Assembly: GCA_039926045.1 (NCBI GenBank)
Contig: JBDSXS010000087.1
Coordinates: 1-47,920 of the forward strand
Length of the DNA stretch: 47,920 nt
Direction: 5' to 3'
Source: Ferruginibacter sp.
GTDB taxonomy: Bacteria > Bacteroidota > Bacteroidia > Chitinophagales > Chitinophagaceae
The position numbers and the translations under genes are program-made. Under the pieces are notes generated by a model, which searched no databases, was not told the DNA's origin, and saw only the letters and a list, made by a program, of their open reading frames with translations. This document shows, in pieces, positions 8,486 to 16,609 of this stretch (position 1 is the first letter of the stretch; every line of letters starts with the position of its first letter).

Positions 8486-9031
8486 ATGAAATTCTTTTAT
8501 TTTGTTTTAATGATCAGTTGTCTTTCATTTATTTCATGCAATACTTCAGATACAAAAAACAACACTGATGTTCTTCCCCATGCGAACGAAGCAGACGCTA
8601 TAAAAAAAGCAGTTGATGATGCATACCGTGCTATTTGCTTTAAACATCGCCAACAGTTTACTTTTACTGATATAAAAAAATCTTTTATCCCGCAAGCTCA
8701 GTTAGTAAACTTTGGAGATGATACATTACAAGTATTAACAATCGACCAATTCGTTGATTTTTATAAAAAATTTATTGACTCAAACAAGGTTAGTTCATTT
8801 TACGAAGAAGAAATTAACGGAACTACTGATCAATTTGGCAGGATTGCACAAAGGATTAGTTCTTATAATACATACATAAATACTATGGATTCAGTAGCGC
8901 AACGGGGAGTTAATAGTTTTCAATTGGTAAAAACTTTGCAAGGATGGAAAGTGTCGAGTATTATATGGGACATAGAATCTCAGAAGTTAAAAATCCCAGG
9001 CTATTATCTTAAAGTTGATTCCACACGATAA
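8486..9031 (+). CDS. NTF2-like (SnoaL/DUF4440-type) lipoprotein
   Basis: Lipobox FISC; 'FYEEEI...FGRIAQRISSY...RGVNSFQLVK..GWKVSSIIWD'. Confidence 0.8.
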   Translation: MKFFYFVLMISCLSFISCNTSDTKNNTDVLPHANEADAIKKAVDDAYRAICFKHRQQFTFTDIKKSFIPQAQLVNFGDDTLQVLTIDQFVDFYKKFIDSNKVSSFYEEEINGTTDQFGRIAQRISSYNTYINTMDSVAQRGVNSFQLVKTLQGWKVSSIIWDIESQKLKIPGYYLKVDSTR

Positions 9032-9037
9032 ACCTTT

Positions 9038-9071
9038 CGCCCCGGCGTGGTCTCCGACCAGCCGGAACCAT
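9038..9071 (+). repeat. REP-like element copy
   Basis: CGCCCCGGCGTGGTCTCCGACCAGCCGGAACCAT, nearly identical to 7661-7694. Confidence 0.85.
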
Positions 9072-9199
9072 GATCATGTTCTACATAGTTTGCTGAAAAC
9101 CAGGCGATGGCATGCATGACCCGTTTTGCTGTCTCAACATATTGTGTTAATTTGTTTTACAACAGGTAACAACGTTTTGTTACAGATCAAACGACTAAC

Positions 9200-11170
9200 A
9201 TGAAAAAATATGTCCTGCTTACCGTCTTTATCATCTTCATCAATAACTGCTTTGCACAAAATATTATTGACAGCGGGAGTTTTTTCCTGCACAAATTTGC
9301 GCAAAATATTGGCAAAGAAACCTATACTCTAAGTAAGAACGGAAATGAACTTACTTATGATGTCAACTTTAAATTCACCGATCGTGGCTCGCCCGTACCA
9401 TTGAAAGCTAAACTGGTTACCACAAGCAGTTATGAACCGATCAGCCTGTTTATAAAAGGAAATACTTTCCGGTTTTCTGCCATCAACGACAGCATCGGGA
9501 TCAAGAATAAAAAAGCAACCATTTGGGTTGATAGTATTGTGCACAACGAAACTATGAAGCCCATTTCATTTCCGGTAGCCGGTTATTCGCCGGGCACCGT
9601 GCAAATGATCCTGTTGAAGTACTGGAAAAATCACGGTGAGCCTGGAAGAATTACCATGCTGCCAAAAGGTGAAGTAATCATAAAAAAAGACGGAACGGAA
9701 GACCTGGTCTTTAATAACAGCAACCTCGTGCTTAACAGGTATATTATCAGCGGTTTGATCTGGGGTAATGAAATTGCATGGACAGATACTAAAGGAAATC
9801 TTATATGCCTCATCACCAATGATGCAGAAGGTGATAAACTGGAAATGATGAGTGAAGTATATGAATCACTGCTTCCGCAACTCATCAGTAAAGCGGCCAC
9901 TTATGGCATGAAATTATTCAGCAGTTCCATGAAGATGGATCTGGCAAAAAATAAAATACTGGCTATCGTGGGCGGTACTGTGATTGATGTGGAAGGGAAT
10001 AAAAATATTGAAAATGCAGTGATCATCATTCAGAACGGCATCATAACAAAGCTGGGAAGTTCTTCTAACACCAGTATCCCTCCACAGGCAACAATCATTC
10101 ATGCCGAAGGGAAAACCATTTTACCCGGACTTTGGGATATGCATGCACATTTTCAACAGGCAGAGTGGGGGCCTGCTTACCTGGCTGCAGGAGTTACTAC
10201 TGTAAGGGATTGCGGTAATGAATACGATTATATAAATGCCATCAAATCGGCCATTGATTCGCATAAAGGCGTAGGGCCGCTGATCATTAAAGCGGGTATC
10301 GTTGATGGTCCGGGCGCCATGGGGTTGGGTATTGTTCGGGCCACTACAAAAGAGGAAGCAGTAAAAGTGGTGAACATGTATAAAGACAACGGCTTTGCCC
10401 AGATAAAAATATACAGCTCTGTTAAACCAGCCATTGTAAAAGCCATTTGCGACGAAGCACATCGCCTCGGGATCACCGTTACCGGCCATATACCACAGAA
10501 TATGAGTACGCAGGCAGGTATCGATTCAGGTATGGATATGATCAACCACATGCAGTATGTATATACCATGATGAAAAAGAATAAGGACAAATCGTTAGAC
10601 ATCAATGATTCTATGAGTGTGGCAGCCCTTGAATTTCTGAAAACGCATCATACAGTAGTAGATGCAACTGTGGGTGTATATGAAATGATCTTCAGGCCGG
10701 TGAATGAAGACATACGCATTATGGAACCCAATTACTTTAACCTGCCGTTACCACTACAGCAATTATTTACAACTATGGGTATGCCTGCCGAAGCAGCAAA
10801 AGCCAATAAGCCAAGGTTTGAAAGTATGCTGACTCTCGTAAAAATATTACATGATAACGGGATAACCCTGGTGGCCGGCACCGATATGGGTTTCCCGGGT
10901 TACAGCCTGGCCCGTGAACTTGAACTTTATGTACAGGCAGGTTTGACACCCATGCAGGCCATACAAACTGCTACGATCACTGCTGCACGGGCAATGAATA
11001 TGGATAAAAACACGGGCTCCATTAAAGCCGGCAAGCAGGCCGACCTGTTGATATTAGATGCAAACCCTTTGACGGAGATCCGTAACATACGCAAAGTGGC
11101 TATGGTTATAAAAGAAGGGCAGCAGTATGATCCGCATGTATTGCATAAGATGGTGGGATTTGCGAATTAA
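9200..11170 (+). CDS. Exported amidohydrolase family protein
   Basis: Signal peptide; PGLWDMHAH, GVTTVRD, VTGH, AGTD, GSIKAGKQADLLILDANPL. Confidence 0.92.
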   Translation: MKKYVLLTVFIIFINNCFAQNIIDSGSFFLHKFAQNIGKETYTLSKNGNELTYDVNFKFTDRGSPVPLKAKLVTTSSYEPISLFIKGNTFRFSAINDSIGIKNKKATIWVDSIVHNETMKPISFPVAGYSPGTVQMILLKYWKNHGEPGRITMLPKGEVIIKKDGTEDLVFNNSNLVLNRYIISGLIWGNEIAWTDTKGNLICLITNDAEGDKLEMMSEVYESLLPQLISKAATYGMKLFSSSMKMDLAKNKILAIVGGTVIDVEGNKNIENAVIIIQNGIITKLGSSSNTSIPPQATIIHAEGKTILPGLWDMHAHFQQAEWGPAYLAAGVTTVRDCGNEYDYINAIKSAIDSHKGVGPLIIKAGIVDGPGAMGLGIVRATTKEEAVKVVNMYKDNGFAQIKIYSSVKPAIVKAICDEAHRLGITVTGHIPQNMSTQAGIDSGMDMINHMQYVYTMMKKNKDKSLDINDSMSVAALEFLKTHHTVVDATVGVYEMIFRPVNEDIRIMEPNYFNLPLPLQQLFTTMGMPAEAAKANKPRFESMLTLVKILHDNGITLVAGTDMGFPGYSLARELELYVQAGLTPMQAIQTATITAARAMNMDKNTGSIKAGKQADLLILDANPLTEIRNIRKVAMVIKEGQQYDPHVLHKMVGFAN

Positions 11171-11223
11171 ACATTATTGATGAACCGCTTTTGCCAAAGT
11201 ATGTACTTGCATTATTGTCTTCC

Positions 11224-11308
11224 GGGCTTTGACCAACGATGTATCAAAGATGGTATTTGAAAAAGAAATCTGTACCGGGAGTTGCGTATATTTATGAGTT
11301 ATTGGCAA
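11224..11308 (+). mobile_element. Right half of attC-like site (second copy)
   Basis: GGGCTTTGACCAACGATGTATC...CTGTACCGGGAGTTGCGTATATTTATGAGTT aligns with 8355-8437. Confidence 0.6.
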
Positions 11309-11324
11309 CCGCAATTGACATACC

Positions 11325-11846
11325 ATGCGTATCATATCTTTTCTTTTACTGTTGACAATTTCTCTTACCACAAAGGGTCAGACAAAGAACCCATTTCTAA
11401 ATCTTAAGTTTGACAAAGTAGTATTTTATGACTTTGAAGACATTGGCGAAAAAGGCTCTTTAATCGTTGATTATAATGGTAAATATCTTCAAACAATATT
11501 AAAGCAAGTTCAACTTGACACAACGACAATAAAGAAATTGAATATAAAACTTGTTGACAAAAAATCTTATGGCAACGGAACTGCTGCTTGTTTTGACCCA
11601 CACTGCGGATTTGTGTATTTTTTAAAAGGCAAGCCTCTTGGACAAATTACAATTTGCTTAGGGTGCAATAGACTTTATTCTAATATTGACATTCCTGCTC
11701 AAAAGCAAGGAAAGCAAGGACAAGGCAAAGACGCTTATTATATGCTTGACGGACTTAGTAAATCCTTTCGCCAGTTTATAAATGGGCTTCTGAAAAAAAA
11801 TAGATTTGCTCACCAAATTGAACAAGGTTCACACTTTGACGAGTAA
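11325..11846 (+). CDS. Exported hypothetical protein with four conserved-looking Cys (cassette-like gene)
   Basis: Signal peptide; CFDPHCG and ICLGCN motifs; codon usage (GAC, CTT, ACA rich) looks different from neighbours. Confidence 0.8.
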   Translation: MRIISFLLLLTISLTTKGQTKNPFLNLKFDKVVFYDFEDIGEKGSLIVDYNGKYLQTILKQVQLDTTTIKKLNIKLVDKKSYGNGTAACFDPHCGFVYFLKGKPLGQITICLGCNRLYSNIDIPAQKQGKQGQGKDAYYMLDGLSKSFRQFINGLLKKNRFAHQIEQGSHFDE

Positions 11847-11896
11847 AGCGGCATGCCTATATTGGGTTTTATGCAAATCCTTAAACTGCTCATGTT

Positions 11897-12415
11897 ATGA
11901 TAAAATCGTTCTTCATTATGACTATCTTTTGGTCGCTTTTAAGTTGCAACCAATCTGAAAAACGCATAAAAGAAACTGCTAAAACGGTAAACTTTGAAAA
12001 ACTATATTTTCATACCACTTCTTGTGATGGAGCCTGCCCGGTTTATCATGTAGAGGTTACTAAAGATAAAGGAGTGAGACTTTTTGCGGAAAAAATATAT
12101 AAAATTAATGGCACAACTGTTTCTGATGATTCAGGTAAAATGGGATATTTTGTGGGATCAGTTACAGATAGCACATTCAATAAGTTGATCGCTGAAATTC
12201 AAAACATTAATATTGATGCCCTCAGTTTTGATAAAGCAGACTGTTGTGACGGATCAATAACGACAATTATTATTTATTATAATGGTAAACGAAAATTTCT
12301 AAGGTCTATGTTCCCTCCTCCAAAATCTGAAAAATTAATTTCCATATTAAATGATATCTGTGAAAATAGTAGTTGTACTAAAGTGAATGAGCCTTTTAAT
12401 TTAGAGTCGGAATAG
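11897..12415 (+). CDS. DUF6438-like lipoprotein
   Basis: Lipobox LLSC; 'TSCDGACPVY.VEV' motif. Confidence 0.75.
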   Translation: MIKSFFIMTIFWSLLSCNQSEKRIKETAKTVNFEKLYFHTTSCDGACPVYHVEVTKDKGVRLFAEKIYKINGTTVSDDSGKMGYFVGSVTDSTFNKLIAEIQNINIDALSFDKADCCDGSITTIIIYYNGKRKFLRSMFPPPKSEKLISILNDICENSSCTKVNEPFNLESE

Positions 12416-12438
12416 GCCAGCAGTTAGTAATTGATAAA

Positions 12439-12466
12439 TTTCGGTTGGTGAAGACACCAACCGAAA
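12439..12466. repeat. REP-like perfect hairpin / bidirectional terminator
   Basis: TTTCGGTTGGTG-AAGA-CACCAACCGAAA between convergent genes. A related half-site ACACCAACCGAGGC lies near 7778-7791. Confidence 0.75.
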
Positions 12467-12468
12467 CT

Positions 12469-12927
12469 CTAAAATAACCAGACAAATATTTTATAACTTA
12501 ACCAGGCCAAAGCAGCGATAACCAATAAAAGTAAAAGCATTACCGGAAGTATTATTTTCCAGGCACCACCTCTATGACGACCTTCAATATAATGTTCATG
12601 CATAAGCTTAACATTGCGTTGATTGGCTTTAAAAGCAACATCAAATACATCACCTAAAATGGGTATGGATCCAATTAGTGCATCTATCAAAATATTTAAT
12701 GTCATTCTTGCAAGTACAAATCCGCTGGCCCCGTTTTTTGCCAAAACTATAACCATATAACCGGAAATCAGAAAAGTAGCAAAATCACCCGCTCCCGGTA
12801 CCAGTCCAATTATTGCATCCAGACCAAACCTGATATTAGTGCCCGGAATTGTAAATTGCGAATCCATTAATTTTGCTAATGAATCTATATTAGATATTGC
12901 TGATCCGTGATTTGACTTTGTTTGCAT
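12469..12927 (-). CDS. DUF4112 domain membrane protein
   Basis: LMDSQFTIPGTNIRFGLDAIIGLVPGAGD ... IGSIPILGDVFDVAFKAN.RN. Confidence 0.92.
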   Translation of the reverse strand: MQTKSNHGSAISNIDSLAKLMDSQFTIPGTNIRFGLDAIIGLVPGAGDFATFLISGYMVIVLAKNGASGFVLARMTLNILIDALIGSIPILGDVFDVAFKANQRNVKLMHEHYIEGRHRGGAWKIILPVMLLLLLVIAALAWLSYKIFVWLF

Positions 12928-13002
12928 TGATATTTATTTACCTGGAACACAAATACTAACATTATGCCAGATATATTCAGCAGAAAAGATGGGGATAAAC
13001 TA

Positions 13003-13278
13003 TCAGCTTTTAAGATCAACCTGGAACCGGTATTCAAGTAGTTGTTCACCGTTCAGGATCTGCCGCAGAACTTCTGTGGGTTTATCGTCTTCGCTGAGCA
13101 GTTGCAGGTGGTATTGGTCAAATTCCACTTCTATGATTTCGTAAACCCTGTAACCATTATCCCTTCTTTCCCTTACCAGGGAATGAATAGTGATCTGTTT
13201 TCCGCAATCCCGGATCGGCTGCCACATAGTTTTACATTTTAATGAAGAATAATATTGTATAGCGAAATAACGTGCCAA
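13003..13278 (-). CDS. Hypothetical protein
   Basis: 91-aa ORF with protein-like composition filling the intergenic gap; TTG start uncertain. Confidence 0.55.
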   Translation of the reverse strand: MARYFAIQYYSSLKCKTMWQPIRDCGKQITIHSLVRERRDNGYRVYEIIEVEFDQYHLQLLSEDDKPTEVLRQILNGEQLLEYRFQVDLKS

Positions 13279-13328
13279 TGTTCTCCCAGTCCCTTATAGT
13301 GCATTAGTTGCCCCCATTAACAATTGTA

Positions 13329-13401
13329 CTGTCAGGTTGAGCTCGTCGAAACCAGGGCATATCAAATTAACCTGTCGTCGACGAACACAGAAGACTGACA
13401 G
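13329..13401. repeat. Degenerate REP-like inverted pair (TGTCAGGTTGAGCTCGTCGAA family)
   Basis: CTGTCAGGTTGAGCTCGTCGAA ... TCGACGAACACAGAAGACTGACAG followed by T-run. Confidence 0.6.
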
Positions 13402-13533
13402 CTTTTTAAACTGATCTATTTCTATGTCACCCAAACATCATAATCTCCATTATTTTGCAATTTTAAAAAAAATATTTTAACTTAACCATCCTGTTACCCC
13501 TCCCGGCATTTTCATTTTTAAAAAATCATCATT

Positions 13534-14517
13534 ATGAAACAGATCATTTTCTTTTCTTTCCTGGTATGCCTTCTTGCTACAGGCTGTAATAAAACCAATA
13601 ACCCCGAAATGACTACCGTGGAAAATGCGGCAGCTCTAAAGGATCGTACCTGTGCATCTGCAGATATTCTTACGGCACAGCTTGCTGCCGATCCGGGTTT
13701 AAGAGCCCGAAGGGAAGCATTGGAAAGCTTTATTGGTAATGCAATTAAGAATGGTGCGGTTAACAATTTCGCAGCGATAACAATACCGGTAGTGGTAAAT
13801 GTTGTTTATTATACAGCAGCAGAAAATATCTCGATAGAACAGATACAGTCTCAAATAGATGTATTGAATGAGGATTTTAATAAAGGGAACAGCGATGTGA
13901 ATAATGTTCCTGCTATCTACAAGAACCGGGTAGGGGATGTGGGTATCAACTTTGTCCTCAGCTCGGTGGTACGCCGGCAAACAAACCACAAATCATGGGC
14001 CCCTGTTGATGGCATGAAAAAAGCATCAGGCGGAGGGATCGATGCTACGGATCCCGAACATAAATTAAATATGTGGTCTTGTAACCTGGGCCAGAATTTA
14101 CTGGGTTATGCGTATTATCCGGGCACTATTTCACCTGACAGAGATGGCGTGGTGATACTCTATAGTGCATTCGGAAGCAGGGAAAAATGTCCCGGTGGAA
14201 CCTACATTAATAACTATGACCTTGGAAGAACAGCAACGCATGAAATAGGGCATTGGATGAACTTAATTCATATCTGGGGCGATGACGGGGGATCATGCAC
14301 CGGTTCCGACCAGGTTGATGATACACCAAACCAGGGCCATGAAAATTACGGCTGCCCTGCATTCCCAACTATCAGTTGCAACAATACAGGTGATATGTCG
14401 ATGAACTATATGGATTATACATATGATGCCTGCATGTTTATGTTCTCAAAAGGTCAAAAGGCGAGGGGGCTTGCTGTGTTTGCGCCGGGTGGGCCACGTG
14501 TTCCTTATATTCAATAA
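13534..14517 (+). CDS. M43 (ulilysin/pappalysin-like) zinc metalloprotease lipoprotein
   Basis: Lipobox ATGC; cysteine-switch RTCAS; GRTATHEIGHWMNLIHIWGD; Met-turn NYMDY. Confidence 0.93.
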   Translation: MKQIIFFSFLVCLLATGCNKTNNPEMTTVENAAALKDRTCASADILTAQLAADPGLRARREALESFIGNAIKNGAVNNFAAITIPVVVNVVYYTAAENISIEQIQSQIDVLNEDFNKGNSDVNNVPAIYKNRVGDVGINFVLSSVVRRQTNHKSWAPVDGMKKASGGGIDATDPEHKLNMWSCNLGQNLLGYAYYPGTISPDRDGVVILYSAFGSREKCPGGTYINNYDLGRTATHEIGHWMNLIHIWGDDGGSCTGSDQVDDTPNQGHENYGCPAFPTISCNNTGDMSMNYMDYTYDACMFMFSKGQKARGLAVFAPGGPRVPYIQ

Positions 14518-14563
14518 GCTAGTTTAGCACATATAAAAAGTAAAAATCAAAAATCAAATTTTC

Positions 14564-14589
14564 ATGGCCAACAACAGTGTTTCGTTTCA
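14564..14589 (+). pseudogene. Truncated duplicate 5' end of the downstream SRPBCC gene
   Basis: ATGGCCAACAACAGTGTTTCGTTTCA (MANNSVSF) versus ATGTCCAACAACAGCGTTTCTTTTCA (MSNNSVSF) at 14990; similar A-rich leader. Confidence 0.7.
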
Positions 14590-14591
14590 AT

Positions 14592-14850
14592 TTCTCAGGC
14601 GAGTCTCTGTTATGGTTTTGTGAGTTTGCTTACAGGACTTCGTTCTACGGAGCGTTAGAAGATTTTGATTTATGGCGAGTCCGGGCTTACGCTCATTGCT
14701 CAGGCAGAGACTAGTGTAATGTTAACTCTATTCATGCGCTATAAAATTTTCATACTAAGCCGCAAAGCACACTAAGAAAAGCCTTTGTGTTCTTTGTTCC
14801 TTTGTGGGGAAACCTGTCAACTTATGTTTAACTCAACACTCGCCTGAGAA
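14592..14850. mobile_element. MITE-like element with 13-bp perfect terminal inverted repeats and nested repeats
   Basis: TTCTCAGGCGAGT (14592-14604) / ACTCGCCTGAGAA (14838-14850); inner imperfect IR pair at about 14711-14842. No clear target-site duplication. Confidence 0.5.
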
Positions 14851-14989
14851 TAGCATTTCGTATTCACCCATCAAGATTGTCGCATTTACACTGCAATGGT
14901 ATGGAGTTTACGGACGAGATTTGTATCGTAACCAGCATTCCGGTCTGCCCGGATAACCATTTAAATTGTAAATCTTAAAAATAAATTTT

Positions 14990-15436
14990 ATGTCCAACAA
15001 CAGCGTTTCTTTTCACAAAGTTCTTAAAGCCTCTCCTGAAAAAGTTTTTCGTGCATTTACAGAAGCAAATGCCATGGCATCCTGGTTACCTCCTTATGGT
15101 TACACCTGTACCGTGCATGAAATGAATGTTCAGATAGGCGGAACGTACAGGATGTCATTTCATAATTTCTCAACCGGTAACAGCCACTCATTCGGTGGAG
15201 AATACGTAGATATAAAACCAAATGAATTTTTAAAGTACACAGATAAATTTGATGACCCCAATATGCCTGGTGAAATGATCACTACTGTCTGGCTTCAAAA
15301 GGTTTCGGTTGGTACCGAAATAAAAATTATTCAGGAAGGTATACCGGAAATGATACCTGTAGAAATGTGCTACTTAGGTTGGCAGGATTCTTTAGATAAG
15401 TTGACTAAATTGGTTGAACCGGTAATTCCGGATTAG
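14990..15436 (+). CDS. SRPBCC/AHSA1 family protein
   Basis: ASPEKVFRAF...WLPPYG...GGTYRMSF...CYLGWQDSLDKL. Confidence 0.92.
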   Translation: MSNNSVSFHKVLKASPEKVFRAFTEANAMASWLPPYGYTCTVHEMNVQIGGTYRMSFHNFSTGNSHSFGGEYVDIKPNEFLKYTDKFDDPNMPGEMITTVWLQKVSVGTEIKIIQEGIPEMIPVEMCYLGWQDSLDKLTKLVEPVIPD

Positions 15437-15468
15437 TAATGTCTTTTTACTTTGGTTGCAGAGCCACG

Positions 15469-15936
15469 TTATACGACTCTTGACCTGACATAACCGGCAT
15501 AAGGATTAATTCCAAGAACGGGCAGCCAGCAAAAAATATTTTTTTGAATACGGAGGTCTTTGTTTGAATACATTTCAGAAGACGGCTTTTCATTTACCCC
15601 GTACTTCTTACAAAGTTGTTGAATGAGCTGCGGATAAGTATCCAGGCCTTTTACACAGGGATTTATTCCCTGTGCTTTTAATTGGTTAAGGGTGTAGCTA
15701 AAACTGAAAATATACAGGTATAAAGACAGTTTTAAGTTGCTCCTCGTTAAAGCATTTTGCTCCCTTAGTTCCAACCAGGTGTCCATTAATAATTTCTCAG
15801 CTAAAATTTCATCCCGGGTGAAAATGGAAATGGCCCCCAACATGATGGGCGAATATTTTTCATAAAGGTCGTCCCACGCTGTAATATCATTGTTTTTTAT
15901 CCTTGCCAGAATTTGTTTGTCGGTTGTAGTGCTCAT
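15469..15936 (-). CDS. ECF sigma region-2-like protein lacking region 4
   Basis: 'AWDDLYEKYSPIMLGAI....DEILAEKLLMDTWLEL' resembles ECF sigma region 2; no HTH-like C-terminus seen. Confidence 0.6.
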   Translation of the reverse strand: MSTTTDKQILARIKNNDITAWDDLYEKYSPIMLGAISIFTRDEILAEKLLMDTWLELREQNALTRSNLKLSLYLYIFSFSYTLNQLKAQGINPCVKGLDTYPQLIQQLCKKYGVNEKPSSEMYSNKDLRIQKNIFCWLPVLGINPYAGYVRSRVV

Positions 15937-16103
15937 GTTGATAGTTTAGACTGACTATTAACAATTCCGTACCAATTTTTTTTAAGCGGAAGAAGCATGA
16001 TTACTGTGGACATAATTCCACAGTCTGGCCTCAACTGAGGAATAGATAAATAACTACTTCATCCCTGTTTTAATTTGTTTTTTTTAATACTTACTTTTAC
16101 AAA

Positions 16104-16550
16104 ATGCAGTCTTATCCACTTAATTTACTGTTGGCTGATGACGACAAAGATGATTGTATCTTTTTCAAAGAAGCATTGGATGAAATACCTGTTGACACAA
16201 AGCTGGTTACAGTAAACAACGGCGTTCAACTAATGAACCTATTGTTAAAAGAAGAAACCATGCTGCCCTTTGTACTCTACCTTGATCTGAATATGCCCCT
16301 CAAAAATGGTTTTGATGCTTTAAGTGAAATAAAATTGAATGAAAAGCTAAAAAAAATCCCCGTGATCATATTCTCCACTTCTTTTAGCCCGGAAATTGCA
16401 GAGCAATTACAACAACAGGGGGCAACATATTATATACAGAAGCCTCCCGAGTTTGAGAATCTAAAAAAAATAATTCACAGGTCGCTTAACCTGATCATGA
16501 AAAACGACGATAAACAGGATCATGAAAATGATTTTTTACTCATCCCTTAG
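16104..16550 (+). CDS. Stand-alone response regulator receiver
   Basis: LLADDD, LDLNMP (phospho-Asp), IFSTS, YIQKP. Confidence 0.93.
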   Translation: MQSYPLNLLLADDDKDDCIFFKEALDEIPVDTKLVTVNNGVQLMNLLLKEETMLPFVLYLDLNMPLKNGFDALSEIKLNEKLKKIPVIIFSTSFSPEIAEQLQQQGATYYIQKPPEFENLKKIIHRSLNLIMKNDDKQDHENDFLLIP

Positions 16551-16609
16551 TAATTATCAGTCATATTTTTTTAGATCTAACTTAAATTGAATAACTATAA
16601 AAATCAGTT

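Noticed and set aside
7896-9031. NlpC/P60 plus lipoprotein as a T6SS effector-immunity pair
   Set aside because: The genes are 270 bp apart and separated by an attC-like site, the lipoprotein is a generic NTF2-like family, and there are no secretion genes nearby.
5629-9071. Repeated 20-34-bp palindromic sequence as a CRISPR array
   Set aside because: Spacing is irregular (50 bp to 1.8 kb), one copy is inverted and there are no cas genes. It fits REP-like elements.
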